Assembly: GCA_045659245.1 (NCBI GenBank)
Contig: JAZOWN010000066.1
Coordinates: 2,213 to 66,212, forward strand
Direction: 5' to 3'
Source: Eubacteriales bacterium
GTDB taxonomy: Bacteria > Bacillota > Clostridia > Oscillospirales > CAG-272
DNA: 64,000 nt
Part shown: piece by piece, positions 18,894 through 28,291 of the stretch
Layout: the number at the start of each line of letters is the position of its first letter
Numbering within the stretch: position 1 is the first letter of the stretch
Made by a program: the position numbers and the translations under genes
The notes under the pieces: generated by a model
Told to the model about the DNA's origin: nothing
Database searches by the model: none
The model's input: the letters and a program-made list of their open reading frames with translations, nothing else

Positions 18894-19185
18894 AGCTACC
18901 CTTGCCGTAAATCACTTACGGCATCCTTTCGATCCTTTAAAACGTTGAAAATCTCGCACGCACACGCGCACGTGCGTATAATTACCCATATTACATAATA
19001 TTATAAAACGAATTCCGCAAAATGACAAGGTAAAGAATGAATATTTTAATAATTATTCACTTTTTTATTCATTCGCCCGCATTGATTTTATTAATGCACG
19101 AAAAATTTTAACGTCTACGTTATAACGACAATTTTTTCGGCATACGTATGGTAAAATAGTCTCATAAAAGCATCGGAGGTAAAAA

Positions 19186-19536
19186 ATGGCTAAAAACAGT
19201 TGCCAACTAAACGTAAGCAGTACGGACGGAGTGCTGACGGCGAGTCTTTGCGGAGAGCTCGACCATCACGGAGCCGTTGCCGTACGCACATTGATCGACG
19301 GCGAAATACAGCGCAAAAATCCGCAAAAAACGGTACTTGATCTTACCGATCTCGATTTCATGGACAGCTCGGGGCTCGGGCTTATCATGGGAAGATATGC
19401 GCTTATGCAGCGCCTCGGCGGGGAGTTTGCCGTAAAAAATCCCAACGAACGGGTCGTAAAAATATTCAAGCTTGCAGGCCTTGTGCGCATGGTCAAGGTG
19501 GAATGCGATAAAAAAAGAAAGGAGAAGGCACAATGA
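19186..19536 (+). CDS. spoIIAA: anti-sigma F factor antagonist (STAS domain)
   Basis: 116 aa with the phosphorylatable DFMDSSGLG motif. First gene of a three-gene operon with ATGA coupling. Confidence 0.9.
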   Translation: MAKNSCQLNVSSTDGVLTASLCGELDHHGAVAVRTLIDGEIQRKNPQKTVLDLTDLDFMDSSGLGLIMGRYALMQRLGGEFAVKNPNERVVKIFKLAGLVRMVKVECDKKRKEKAQ

Positions 19537-19991
19537 GGCAAAAATCAAACGGCTTTAACACGCCGACTATCAATATAATCAGCATAAAGCTTCCCTCCTT
19601 GTCCGTCAACGAATCGACAGCTCGAGCGGCGGTCGCGGCATTTTGCGCGCAGACAGATCCTCTTGCGACTGAGATCGCCGACATAAAGTGCGCTGTCTCC
19701 GAGGCTGTCACCAACTGTATCGTGCACGGCTACCGCAACAGCGTCGGCATAATCTACATAACTGTAAGGATTTGCGAGGGCGGAATCGTCCGCATAGATA
19801 TTCGCGACAAGGGCTGTGGGATTGAGGACGTAAAGCAGGCGAGACAGCCTCTGTATACGACCGATGCCGAGAACGAGCGAAGCGGCATGGGCTTTACCGT
19901 TATGGAAAGCTTTTGTGATAAAGTGAGGGTAAGTTCAAAATGTGGGAAAGGTACGACGGTAACACTGTACAAGCGCTTGCAGAGGAAATAG
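19533..19991 (+). CDS. spoIIAB: anti-sigma F factor (serine kinase)
   Basis: 152 aa with the VSEAVTNCIVHGY N-box and GMGF G-box of HATPase_c anti-sigma kinases. Confidence 0.9.
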   Translation: MRQKSNGFNTPTINIISIKLPSLSVNESTARAAVAAFCAQTDPLATEIADIKCAVSEAVTNCIVHGYRNSVGIIYITVRICEGGIVRIDIRDKGCGIEDVKQARQPLYTTDAENERSGMGFTVMESFCDKVRVSSKCGKGTTVTLYKRLQRK

Positions 19992-20764
19992 AAGATACGG
20001 ACAAGTCCTCAAAGGCTGTTTCGGATTTTTCGCGCAACAACGAATTACTGATTCTGGCGCGCGACGGCGACGGTGAGAGCGAGATAGCAATGAGGGCGAT
20101 AGGTGTGCTTGTTGAGCTAAACTACGGACTCGTAAAAAAAATCGCGCTCCGCTTTCGCGAGCGGGGCGTGGAGCTTGAGGACCTTATTCAGATCGGAACT
20201 ATCGGTATGATCAAGGCAATAAGAACCTTTGACTCGGAGCGCGGTACCTGCTTTTCGACCTATGCCGTTCCTCTTATATTCGGAGAAATTCGCCGCCACA
20301 TACGCGATGAGTGCCCTATCAAGGTTGGACGGGGAGTGCGGAAACTCGGTGCGGAGCTTTCGATGCACAGAAACAGAATTCTCGCCGAGGAGGGACGTGA
20401 GCCCCACGTTTTTGAGCTTGCCGAGCTTTGCGGTGTTGATCCCGGTGAGGCGGCAATGGCGCTTGATGCCCTACTCCCTCTTGCCTCCCTTTCGGACAGC
20501 GCCTTTGGCGACGAGGACGGCATTGAGCTTGGAGACACATTAGCGGACACGGAGGCTATTCTTGAGGGGGAGCGCTTTATAGACAAGCTTGCGCTTGCCG
20601 AGGCTATCGGGGGCATGCCCGCCACTTGGCAAAGGATCGTCACTCTGCGCTATTACCGCGGATTTACGCAACAGGCTGTCGCCTCAGTCCTTGGGCTTAC
20701 ACAGGTAAAGGTATCAAGAGAGGAAAAAAAGATCCTTGAGTATTTGAAAAAGGAAATGTCGTAA
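19940..20764 (+). CDS. sigF: RNA polymerase sporulation sigma factor F
   Basis: Sigma-70 regions 2-4 (DLIQIGTIGMIKAIRTFD, STYAVPLIFGEIRRHIRD). The only in-frame ATG lies 52 nt inside spoIIAB and no canonical start follows the spoIIAB stop. Confidence 0.85.
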   Translation: MWERYDGNTVQALAEEIEDTDKSSKAVSDFSRNNELLILARDGDGESEIAMRAIGVLVELNYGLVKKIALRFRERGVELEDLIQIGTIGMIKAIRTFDSERGTCFSTYAVPLIFGEIRRHIRDECPIKVGRGVRKLGAELSMHRNRILAEEGREPHVFELAELCGVDPGEAAMALDALLPLASLSDSAFGDEDGIELGDTLADTEAILEGERFIDKLALAEAIGGMPATWQRIVTLRYYRGFTQQAVASVLGLTQVKVSREEKKILEYLKKEMS

Positions 20765-20810
20765 AATGAAATTTGCGGGATATTTCTCAAAAATTTCCGC
20801 AAAAAAAGCC

Positions 20811-20850
20811 GCTTTCGCTATCAAAAAAGATGGCGAAAGTTGCTTTTATA
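20811..20850 (+). terminator. sigF operon terminator candidate
   Basis: CTTTCGC (20812-20818) pairs with GCGAAAG (20833-20839), followed by TTGCTTTTATATT. Confidence 0.45.
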
Positions 20851-20899
20851 TTAGTTTATTTTTTTGTTTTCATTCTGCGCTAAATGAGGCAGTCCTTTT

Positions 20900-23215
20900 T
20901 TATTTGCCGCGTCTGCGACGATAGTACATTATTCCGCCTGCCGTCATAATTGCAAGAGCCACTACGTCTATCGTCACGGAAATGACGATAGCGGTCATTG
21001 ACGAGATGACTGCCGAGGACGGAACGTAAAGTCTTGCGGGAGGTGTGGGCGCTGCGCTTTCATACTTAATAGTTACCCAATTAAGCGCGTAAGCTACGAA
21101 ATAGTACACGTCCGACGAGACGTCATTGATCGCTTTTCCAGCGGTAAACCAAGCTATCTTTGCTCCGCTTGGCGCTTCGACCGCGCGCGCTACGGTATAG
21201 CTTGCCTCTCCCTCACCCGCGGGAGTTGTCAAAAGCGGAATATCTGTAATAAACTCCGATGCGGTAGCCGTGCTCTGGTCAAACACAATTGGGTTTGCTC
21301 CCTTTAACGTCGACTCAAAGCCGCTGATCGAGGAGAGCAGATAAAACACGTCGTTATCGCTGTTTATAACGGGAACAAATTCGTCGGTCATGCTCGTCGT
21401 TTCGATCTGTTCGCCCTCGTCATTTGTGGTCGTTTCGGTAACGCTCACCTCTACGGTCTTGTTCTCAGCTGAGAGTCCGTAAGCCGCAAGAACGGCGCAA
21501 AGATTAGGCATAGAAAGGTTATCGGGAGTTGTGATAAAGGTAAGCTGTCCACCTCTTTCAAGGTATGCGAGAAGCATATCGCGCTCAGCGTCGCTAAAGT
21601 CGCTCGTTGGCATATTTATAAGTATTGCCGCCACGTCCTCGGGGATCTCTCCCGTATTAGGCAAAGCCGCTATTCCCGCAAAGGGATTAGCCGCGCTGTC
21701 AAGACGCAGCTCACCGTGTCCTTCAAGGTAATACCACGTGGGTATTACGTCTGCCGTCAGATAATCTATGACCTCACAGATAACGCTGTCACCGTTAAAA
21801 TACGTTTCCGTACCAAGCTCAAACTTCATCAGCGTTTCCTCGTCGCTACTGTAATTAACCGCAACCTGATAAGTATACGTGCTATACTCCTCGTAGGTAC
21901 ACTCCGAGATGCCGAACGTAGGATTTGCATACTTACAAAGGCTATAATAGCTTACGTACTGCGCACTCTCGCCGCACTTTATAAGCAAGCTGTTTGAGGA
22001 AACCGATTCATATGCAAGCTCGTTTTCGGCGTAAAACGCGGGATCGCTTGAATAGTATATCTTTTCAAGACTGATGTGGGGACTGCAAGCCGCTATTTTT
22101 TTAAGGTACAATTCGTAATTTTCAATTTTCGTGGACTCCAAGAGATATATCGTAACGTCCTTATCGACAGTCTCAAGATAAGCCTTAGCTTCCCCCGAAA
22201 CGGTGCTTCTCTTTGATCCCGAAATATCGTAGGAGAGCGCTGTATCGGGCGCTATTGACGCCGCGACCGTCACACCGAGTGACAGGGCAACGAGCAGCAC
22301 TGCCAAGAAAAGGGATGTCGTCCTCTTTATACTTATAGGCATGGGGCTTACTCGCTTTTCGTATGAGCGCTCGTGCGCGCTCCACGTAAGGAAAACGAAC
22401 AGCACCGCCACAACGAGATAAAACAATATTCCCTCTATTTCAAATATGCCGTACAAAAAGGTCTCGATATGACAAAAGATGGATATAGAGCGAATAAATG
22501 CTTCAAAAAGGCCCGAAAATTTATCCGTAAAAATAAAGTAGCATGCAACCATTATCGCCTCTGCGACGGCAGCTACGGCAACGGAAAGCACAAGTCGGCG
22601 GCTGACATACCAAAGGAGCACTCCCACTTCGAGAATAAATATCAAGAATGCGATCAAGGATGCAAGCGGAGTCGTAGGAACAAGGAACGTCAGAGTTCCC
22701 GAGAAGAACCACAATAGTCCTACCGCATAGCACCATATTCCCGCGCGCAGGCGGCTTTTTGAAATTCTTGCTATAAAGAAGCAGACAGCGAGCCATGCCG
22801 CCCCAAAAAGCACGAGCGAGAGAAAGGACACGTACGACTGTGCATGACCCTGAAGTCCGAACATTCCCGAAAGGAGCGGAAAGAGCGCCGTGAGTGCGGT
22901 AGGTATCATAACTATCGCGAGAGCGGCAAGATACTTACCGAGGATCACGCCGTGCGTGCTTGTGGGAACTATATCGTATTGCGAGTCGGTATTTCCCCTC
23001 TTTTTGTCCGCGAATGCGCCGAGAGCAACGACGGGGATTATAAGCGCCATGACTACGGAGAACATAGAATACGTGGAATTGACCGTTTCAACTGCGTAAG
23101 TAAGATTATAAAGCGAGAAAATTATTGACGAGGCAATAAGCGCAGCACCTATTGCCATATATCCGTAGAGTCTGGAGAAAGCTGATCTGAATTCTCTTTT
23201 AAATACCGCTATCAT
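20900..23215 (-). CDS. ABC-2 type permease fused to a GldG-like extracytoplasmic domain
   Basis: 771 aa: an N-terminal ~280 aa multi-TM permease, a large soluble domain and a C-terminal TM anchor ending in RRRRGK. Overlaps the upstream ATPase gene. Confidence 0.6.
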   Translation of the reverse strand: MIAVFKREFRSAFSRLYGYMAIGAALIASSIIFSLYNLTYAVETVNSTYSMFSVVMALIIPVVALGAFADKKRGNTDSQYDIVPTSTHGVILGKYLAALAIVMIPTALTALFPLLSGMFGLQGHAQSYVSFLSLVLFGAAWLAVCFFIARISKSRLRAGIWCYAVGLLWFFSGTLTFLVPTTPLASLIAFLIFILEVGVLLWYVSRRLVLSVAVAAVAEAIMVACYFIFTDKFSGLFEAFIRSISIFCHIETFLYGIFEIEGILFYLVVAVLFVFLTWSAHERSYEKRVSPMPISIKRTTSLFLAVLLVALSLGVTVAASIAPDTALSYDISGSKRSTVSGEAKAYLETVDKDVTIYLLESTKIENYELYLKKIAACSPHISLEKIYYSSDPAFYAENELAYESVSSNSLLIKCGESAQYVSYYSLCKYANPTFGISECTYEEYSTYTYQVAVNYSSDEETLMKFELGTETYFNGDSVICEVIDYLTADVIPTWYYLEGHGELRLDSAANPFAGIAALPNTGEIPEDVAAILINMPTSDFSDAERDMLLAYLERGGQLTFITTPDNLSMPNLCAVLAAYGLSAENKTVEVSVTETTTNDEGEQIETTSMTDEFVPVINSDNDVFYLLSSISGFESTLKGANPIVFDQSTATASEFITDIPLLTTPAGEGEASYTVARAVEAPSGAKIAWFTAGKAINDVSSDVYYFVAYALNWVTIKYESAAPTPPARLYVPSSAVISSMTAIVISVTIDVVALAIMTAGGIMYYRRRRGK

Positions 23216-24234
23216 CTTTTGTTCCTCCGTGCAAGCTTCTTTCCTTTGCGGACGCTCGAATCGTTCTCTGTCTTCTCCATTCTCTTTACGTCTGCTAAGG
23301 TGAGCGAATAATATACGTCGTCAATAGTAAGCTTGACCTCTTTATAGGAAAGCATTTGAGAGTTCACTGCATTCAAAGCATTAAATACGTTGTCCTTAAT
23401 AAATGCATCGGGATAGTGCTCGATCACGAGCGTGCTTATCTTATTGGCGCTCGTTGACGTCACCTTAACTCCTATCACGTTTTGAACACCCTTGATAGCT
23501 TCGATTATTTTATCCGTTTCTCCCCTTGCGTTTATGTGCATCTCACGGGTAGCATTAATTTTCTTTTCAATTTCCGCAATATTTCCCTCAATTGCTATTG
23601 CTCCGCCGCTAACGACAGCCATCTGCTCGCAAAGCTCCTTGATCTCGGCAGGCTTGTGCGAAAGCAAAATGATAGTCTTTCTCTTTCCAAGCATTTTTAG
23701 AAGCTCAAGAATATCGGCAGCAGTCTTTCCGTCAAGTCCCGAAAACGCATCGTCAACAACAATGCAGTCGGGGTTCCCGATAAGAGCTGCGGCAATAGAA
23801 AGACGGCATCTCTGTGCCTTGCCGAGTGAGAAAAAGGGGCGGTTTGCGTCCTCGTCCAAGCCCAAAAGCTCGAGCGCTTCACTTACCTGTCGGTATTTTT
23901 TATCCGCGGCAACCTCCAAGGCATCTGCTACAAAATCAAGATACTCGTAAGGCGTCGTCATTCCGTCAATATTCAATTCACGCGGCACAAGTCGGATCTT
24001 CTTTCTCGCCTTTAATGCCTGACGTGTGACCGCCTCTCCGTTTATAAGAACGTCGCCCGATTCCTTATCGGCACAGCCGCATATAACATGCGCTATTGCC
24101 GTTCTGTCCGCAGAATGAGCGCACAAAACTCCAAATATGCCTTTTTCACTCACCGTCAGCGAAAGTCCTTTAACAAAGCCGTCACGGTATTCGGCAACGA
24201 GGTCTTTAATTTCTAACAAAGTATATACCTCCAC
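23212..24234 (-). CDS. ABC transporter ATP-binding-like protein with degenerate catalytic motifs
   Basis: 340 aa with ABC fold order conserved, but Walker A reads CAHSADRT, the signature is FSLGKAQR and Walker B is VVDDAF (no catalytic Glu). The H-loop LSHK is retained. Confidence 0.65.
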   Translation of the reverse strand: MEVYTLLEIKDLVAEYRDGFVKGLSLTVSEKGIFGVLCAHSADRTAIAHVICGCADKESGDVLINGEAVTRQALKARKKIRLVPRELNIDGMTTPYEYLDFVADALEVAADKKYRQVSEALELLGLDEDANRPFFSLGKAQRCRLSIAAALIGNPDCIVVDDAFSGLDGKTAADILELLKMLGKRKTIILLSHKPAEIKELCEQMAVVSGGAIAIEGNIAEIEKKINATREMHINARGETDKIIEAIKGVQNVIGVKVTSTSANKISTLVIEHYPDAFIKDNVFNALNAVNSQMLSYKEVKLTIDDVYYSLTLADVKRMEKTENDSSVRKGKKLARRNKR

Positions 24235-24350
24235 GCTTTAATATGACTATATAATACTACACTTCTGTGTCCTCATTTTGAATATTTTTTGACGTTAATA
24301 TGATATTTTTATTTTTAAGTGAAAAATATGCTACTTATTGGCAGTTTTGA

Positions 24351-24379
24351 TTGACAAAGCACAATAATTGTGTTATAAT
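24351..24379 (+). promoter_or_regulatory. hisS promoter
   Basis: TTGACA (24351-24356), 17-nt spacer, TATAAT (24374-24379). The leader is too short for a T-box. Confidence 0.65.
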
Positions 24380-24418
24380 AAAATTTGAATGTAAATGTCT
24401 TTTTGAAAGGATTTTATT

Positions 24419-25720
24419 ATGTGCGCTCAACTTTTATCAACACAACCCTACAAAGGAACCCGTGACTTTTATCCCGACGATATGCGTCTGCGCAATTGGT
24501 TCTTCGGAAAAATCCGTAACTCTCTTGCTCTTGCCGCATTTGAAGAATATAACGGCCCTATGCTCGAATCTCTTGAAATGTATATTGCAAAGAGCGGTGA
24601 GGAGATCGCAAACGAGCAGACCTACAACTTTACGGACAGAGGCGGAAGAAGACTTGCGGTTCGTCCCGAAATGACTCCTACCGTTGCGCGTCTTGTCGCA
24701 GGTAAGATAGGCGAGCTTAACTTCCCCCTTAAGTGGTTCTCTATTCCCAATCTTTATCGCTACGAGCGTCCCCAGCGCGGACGTCTTCGCGAGCACTGGC
24801 AGGTAAACGTTGATATCTTCGGCTGTGACGGCTACGAGGCTGACCTTGAGGTCATCTCCACCGCTATTATGCTTTTGCGCGGATTTGACGCTGACGAGTC
24901 CATGTTCAAGGTACACATCAACAACCGCCGTTTCTTTAACGACGTTATCGCGGCAATCGCGGGAACGGACGCAGAGGGTGCAAGACGTGTTTCCAAGGTC
25001 GTTGACCGCAAGAACAAGGTCACCCGCGAGGCTTACGAAAAGGATATGGCGGAGCTTGGTATTACTGCGGATAAAATAGCTAAGATCGACGCATTATATA
25101 ACATGAGCGTTGAGGAAGCGGCGGCGCTCTGTCCCGACTCTCGCGGCGCTTGCGAACTTCTCGAGCTTTTCTCGGCACTCAAAGCCGCAGGACTTGACAA
25201 GTATTGCGTATTCGACTTTGGCATAATTCGCGGACTTGACTACTACACGGGTACTGTTTTCGAGGTGTTCGACGAGGCTCCCGAAAACAATCGCGCTATG
25301 TTCGGCGGTGGCCGCTACGATAACCTCGTTGGTCTTTTCGTTAAGAATACCAACATAACGGGCGTCGGCTTCGGATTTGGCGACGTTACCCTTGAAAACT
25401 TCCTTGTAACTCACAAGCTTATTCCCGATATTTATAACGAGGGCACAAAGGTGCTCGTTACGCGCTTTGACGACGTTCCCTATGAGAAATACATCGAGAT
25501 CACGGACAAGCTCCGCTCCTGCGGCATAGTTTCCTCAATGTATATTGGCTCAAAGAAGTTCGGCAAGCAGATCGACTACGCCGTTAAGGGTCACTACTCG
25601 CACGTTCTCATAATGGGCGGCAGTGAGCTTGAGGCAGGAATCGTTAAGATAAAGGATCTCGCTACAAGAGAGGAATCGACCGTCGGCATTTCCGATCTCG
25701 GAGAATTTTTCAGCAAATAA
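24419..25720 (+). CDS. hisS: histidine--tRNA ligase
   Basis: 433 aa with KGTRDFYP near the N-terminus, class II motifs (RYERPQRGR, GGGRYD) and an anticodon-binding C-terminus. Confidence 0.9.
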   Translation: MCAQLLSTQPYKGTRDFYPDDMRLRNWFFGKIRNSLALAAFEEYNGPMLESLEMYIAKSGEEIANEQTYNFTDRGGRRLAVRPEMTPTVARLVAGKIGELNFPLKWFSIPNLYRYERPQRGRLREHWQVNVDIFGCDGYEADLEVISTAIMLLRGFDADESMFKVHINNRRFFNDVIAAIAGTDAEGARRVSKVVDRKNKVTREAYEKDMAELGITADKIAKIDALYNMSVEEAAALCPDSRGACELLELFSALKAAGLDKYCVFDFGIIRGLDYYTGTVFEVFDEAPENNRAMFGGGRYDNLVGLFVKNTNITGVGFGFGDVTLENFLVTHKLIPDIYNEGTKVLVTRFDDVPYEKYIEITDKLRSCGIVSSMYIGSKKFGKQIDYAVKGHYSHVLIMGGSELEAGIVKIKDLATREESTVGISDLGEFFSK

Positions 25721-25732
25721 TCGAGGACTATT

Positions 25733-26272
25733 ATGATATACATGTTTATTGCGGAGGGCTTTGAGGAGATCGAGGCGCTCTGTCCGCTCGATCTTATGCG
25801 CAGAGCGGGACTCACGGTCAAGACCGTCGGTGTAGGCGGAGCTTCCGTTACGGGTGCTCACGGCATCACCGTAAACACCGATCTTACCGACAAGGACACG
25901 CTTGACGAAAACGCCGAGATGATATTTCTCCCAGGAGGTATGCCCGGCACGCTAAATCTTGCGGCAAGTGAGGTTGTTAAAAAAGCAATACTTGACGCAC
26001 ACAAGAATGGCTCTTATATTGCCGCTATATGTGCTGCTCCCTCTATTCTCGGAGACATGGGCTTGCTCCATGGCAAGACTGCCGTATGCTATCCCGGATT
26101 TGAAGAAAGGCTGACGGGCGCTACCGTTTCTTACGACAAGGTAGTGCTTGACGGAAAAATCCTCACGGCGCGCGGTATGGGCGCGGCACTCGAGATGGGA
26201 CTTAAAATAGTTGAGATTTTCTGCGGCAAGAGCGCCGCTGACGACCTACGCCATGCTGTCATTGCCGACTGA
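25733..26272 (+). CDS. DJ-1/PfpI (ThiJ) family protein
   Basis: 179 aa with the AAICAAPSILG nucleophile-elbow cysteine. Confidence 0.8.
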   Translation: MIYMFIAEGFEEIEALCPLDLMRRAGLTVKTVGVGGASVTGAHGITVNTDLTDKDTLDENAEMIFLPGGMPGTLNLAASEVVKKAILDAHKNGSYIAAICAAPSILGDMGLLHGKTAVCYPGFEERLTGATVSYDKVVLDGKILTARGMGAALEMGLKIVEIFCGKSAADDLRHAVIAD

Positions 26273-26900
26273 CAAAAGCAGCAAGGCGGAAGCAAGACGC
26301 CTCTTACTTGACTTGCGCAAGCAAATAGGTGAGGATGCTCACGCCGATAAAAGCGAGAAAATATGCACAAATGCCGAAAGGCTTATTGACGAGATAGGCG
26401 CGAAAACCGTTCTCTCGTTTTTCCCCGTTCGCGGCGAGCCCGATATCCTTCCGCTTGCAAAACGGCTTTTGGAAAAAGGAATTACGGTTGCTTTTCCGAT
26501 TTCTCACAAAGAGGACGTGCGACTTGAGTTTCGTGCGATAAGCGCACTTGATGACTTAAAGCTCGGCACGTATAAAATATGTGAGCCCATCGAAAGCACT
26601 CAAACGCTTTCGGTATTTGAGAACGACACCGTTTGTCTTGTCCCTGCTTTGTCCTTTGACATGCGCGGCATGAGACTCGGCTATGGAATGGGATACTACG
26701 ACAGATTTCTGCAAGGCTTCGGTGGCATTTCCTTAGGAATTGCCTTTTCGGACCTTTTAGTCCGTGAGCTTCCTGCCGATGCCACAGATATCCCCGTTTC
26801 AAAAATAATTACGGAAGGAGGGGTGGTTGTACCCGATGAACTTCGATTCAAAAAAGAAAACGCCGTCGGGCACCAAAGCGCCCCGACCTCAAAGGAATAA
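26253..26900 (+). CDS. 5-formyltetrahydrofolate cyclo-ligase
   Basis: GYGMGYYDRFL motif and FPVRGEPD. Start placed at the internal ATG (MLSLPTDKSS) and is uncertain. Confidence 0.8.
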   Translation: MLSLPTDKSSKAEARRLLLDLRKQIGEDAHADKSEKICTNAERLIDEIGAKTVLSFFPVRGEPDILPLAKRLLEKGITVAFPISHKEDVRLEFRAISALDDLKLGTYKICEPIESTQTLSVFENDTVCLVPALSFDMRGMRLGYGMGYYDRFLQGFGGISLGIAFSDLLVRELPADATDIPVSKIITEGGVVVPDELRFKKENAVGHQSAPTSKE

Positions 26901-27846
26901 AGAAAAGAAAAAAGAAAAGAAAAAGGGCGACGCCATCGTGCTTCAGCCTACCGTGGTAGTGCTTGCAACCTACGTTCTTCTGCTTCTCTCAAAGGTCATT
27001 GATATGACGCTTCTCAACAGAGAGAACGAGTATTTCAGCGTCGTTATTCTTCAAATGATGATATTCCTGCTCCCCGGTGCTATATGGGCGCGCCTTTGGG
27101 GCGACGGATACATCAAGCGTCTGAGAATTAATGCTTTTCGTCCGGGTGCAATCCCCTTGATAATCGCAGCCGCATATATGATGATCTCGGGCGGTCTGCT
27201 TGTCAGCGTGCTTTTCGGCGGGCTTGACAGTCTTTCAAATGGCTTTACTCTATACGATACGTTCGTTTCCAAGGATAACGGCACCGTTCCAACAAAGCTC
27301 TATCTTATTTTAGCATACGCAATTATTCCCGCTATCTGCGAGGAGTTTGTTTTCCGCGGAATACTTTGCCATGAATACGAGCGCGGCGGAGTTATGCGAG
27401 CTATAATCTTCTCCTCTATTTTCTTCGGAATGCTTCATTTCGATATAGTAAATCTTCCCGTTTATATTTTTGCGGGAGCAGTACTCGCGATGACGCTCTA
27501 TGCGACTCGCTCACTGTTCGGCCCTATGATAGTCCACTTCCTTTACAATCTGTTCGGACTTTTCGGTCAGCCATATATGAGCTCGCTCTATAACCTTACG
27601 GGCAGTACGAAATTTTTTGTATTTTTAGTTACCACGGTATTTCTCATTTCAGCCGCGATCTTCTGCAAGGAAGCGGCAAGGCTCTACAAGTCTTACCTTT
27701 ACCGCGGACTTAATGCCGACTACCGAAAGCCCGTGATCAAGGATTCCGCAGAATTCCGCGACTCGTATCTCGACGTCGTTAAATCCCCCTCTGCTATCGC
27801 CTGTGCGGCGCTTTACATAATCGCTCTTATAATTTCGTGGTTATGA
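26827..27846 (+). CDS. CPBP-family intramembrane glutamic endopeptidase (CAAX protease-like)
   Basis: Multi-TM protein with EEFVFRG and FGMLH motifs and a Lys-rich N-terminal tail. Overlaps the preceding gene. Confidence 0.8.
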   Translation: MYPMNFDSKKKTPSGTKAPRPQRNKEKKKEKKKGDAIVLQPTVVVLATYVLLLLSKVIDMTLLNRENEYFSVVILQMMIFLLPGAIWARLWGDGYIKRLRINAFRPGAIPLIIAAAYMMISGGLLVSVLFGGLDSLSNGFTLYDTFVSKDNGTVPTKLYLILAYAIIPAICEEFVFRGILCHEYERGGVMRAIIFSSIFFGMLHFDIVNLPVYIFAGAVLAMTLYATRSLFGPMIVHFLYNLFGLFGQPYMSSLYNLTGSTKFFVFLVTTVFLISAAIFCKEAARLYKSYLYRGLNADYRKPVIKDSAEFRDSYLDVVKSPSAIACAALYIIALIISWL

Positions 27847-27864
27847 CTTTTCGGAGGTTTTCTC

Positions 27865-28215
27865 ATGCACGATAAATACACAAAAAAAGGCGCGATCGCT
27901 ATAAGTCGCGCCTTTTCTATATTGTTGCCGCTCTGTCTTTTTTCAATTCTGCTTGCGGGAATTATTATTTCTTTAGCAAACGACGTCTACGCATTCGTAA
28001 AGCCCAACACCGATATTTCCGTCACGGTTTCCTCTCCCATATCCGACACCGAGCTTTCAAAGCTATTGCAAAAAAACGGAGTAATTAAAAACCCCACAGT
28101 TTTTAAGCTATATCTGCGCTCAAAGGGGCTTTCCCCAAGAGCTTCGGAAATAACGGGCGAATGGGTGCTCAACAGCAATATGAGCTACCGAGAAATAGTT
28201 TCGGAAATTTTTTGA
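27865..28215 (+). CDS. membrane-anchored MltG/YceG N-terminal-domain-only protein
   Basis: 116 aa: a TM helix, then a segment resembling the LysM-like N-domain of MltG (ELSKLLQKNGVIKNPTVFKLYL...MSYREIV). The ORF ends before any catalytic domain. Confidence 0.4.
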   Translation: MHDKYTKKGAIAISRAFSILLPLCLFSILLAGIIISLANDVYAFVKPNTDISVTVSSPISDTELSKLLQKNGVIKNPTVFKLYLRSKGLSPRASEITGEWVLNSNMSYREIVSEIF

Positions 28216-28291
28216 ATTATTTATTTTGGTTGAATAAAATGCACATATCCGAGGAATACTTAATTATCAAGTATTTTTAAGGAGCATTTTT

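Noticed and set aside
19100-19185. Spo0A boxes and a sigma-H promoter upstream of spoIIAA
   Set aside because: Only weak partial matches were seen (AACGACA versus TTCGACA, and a TGGTAAAAT extended -10-like element). These are not convincing enough to annotate without alignment to relatives.
19940-19991. 52-nt overlap of sigF with spoIIAB as a sign of frameshift or misassembly
   Set aside because: Both frames are intact and full-length relative to known homologues. The overlap is most simply explained by the only available ATG, or an unrecognised non-canonical start nearer the spoIIAB stop.
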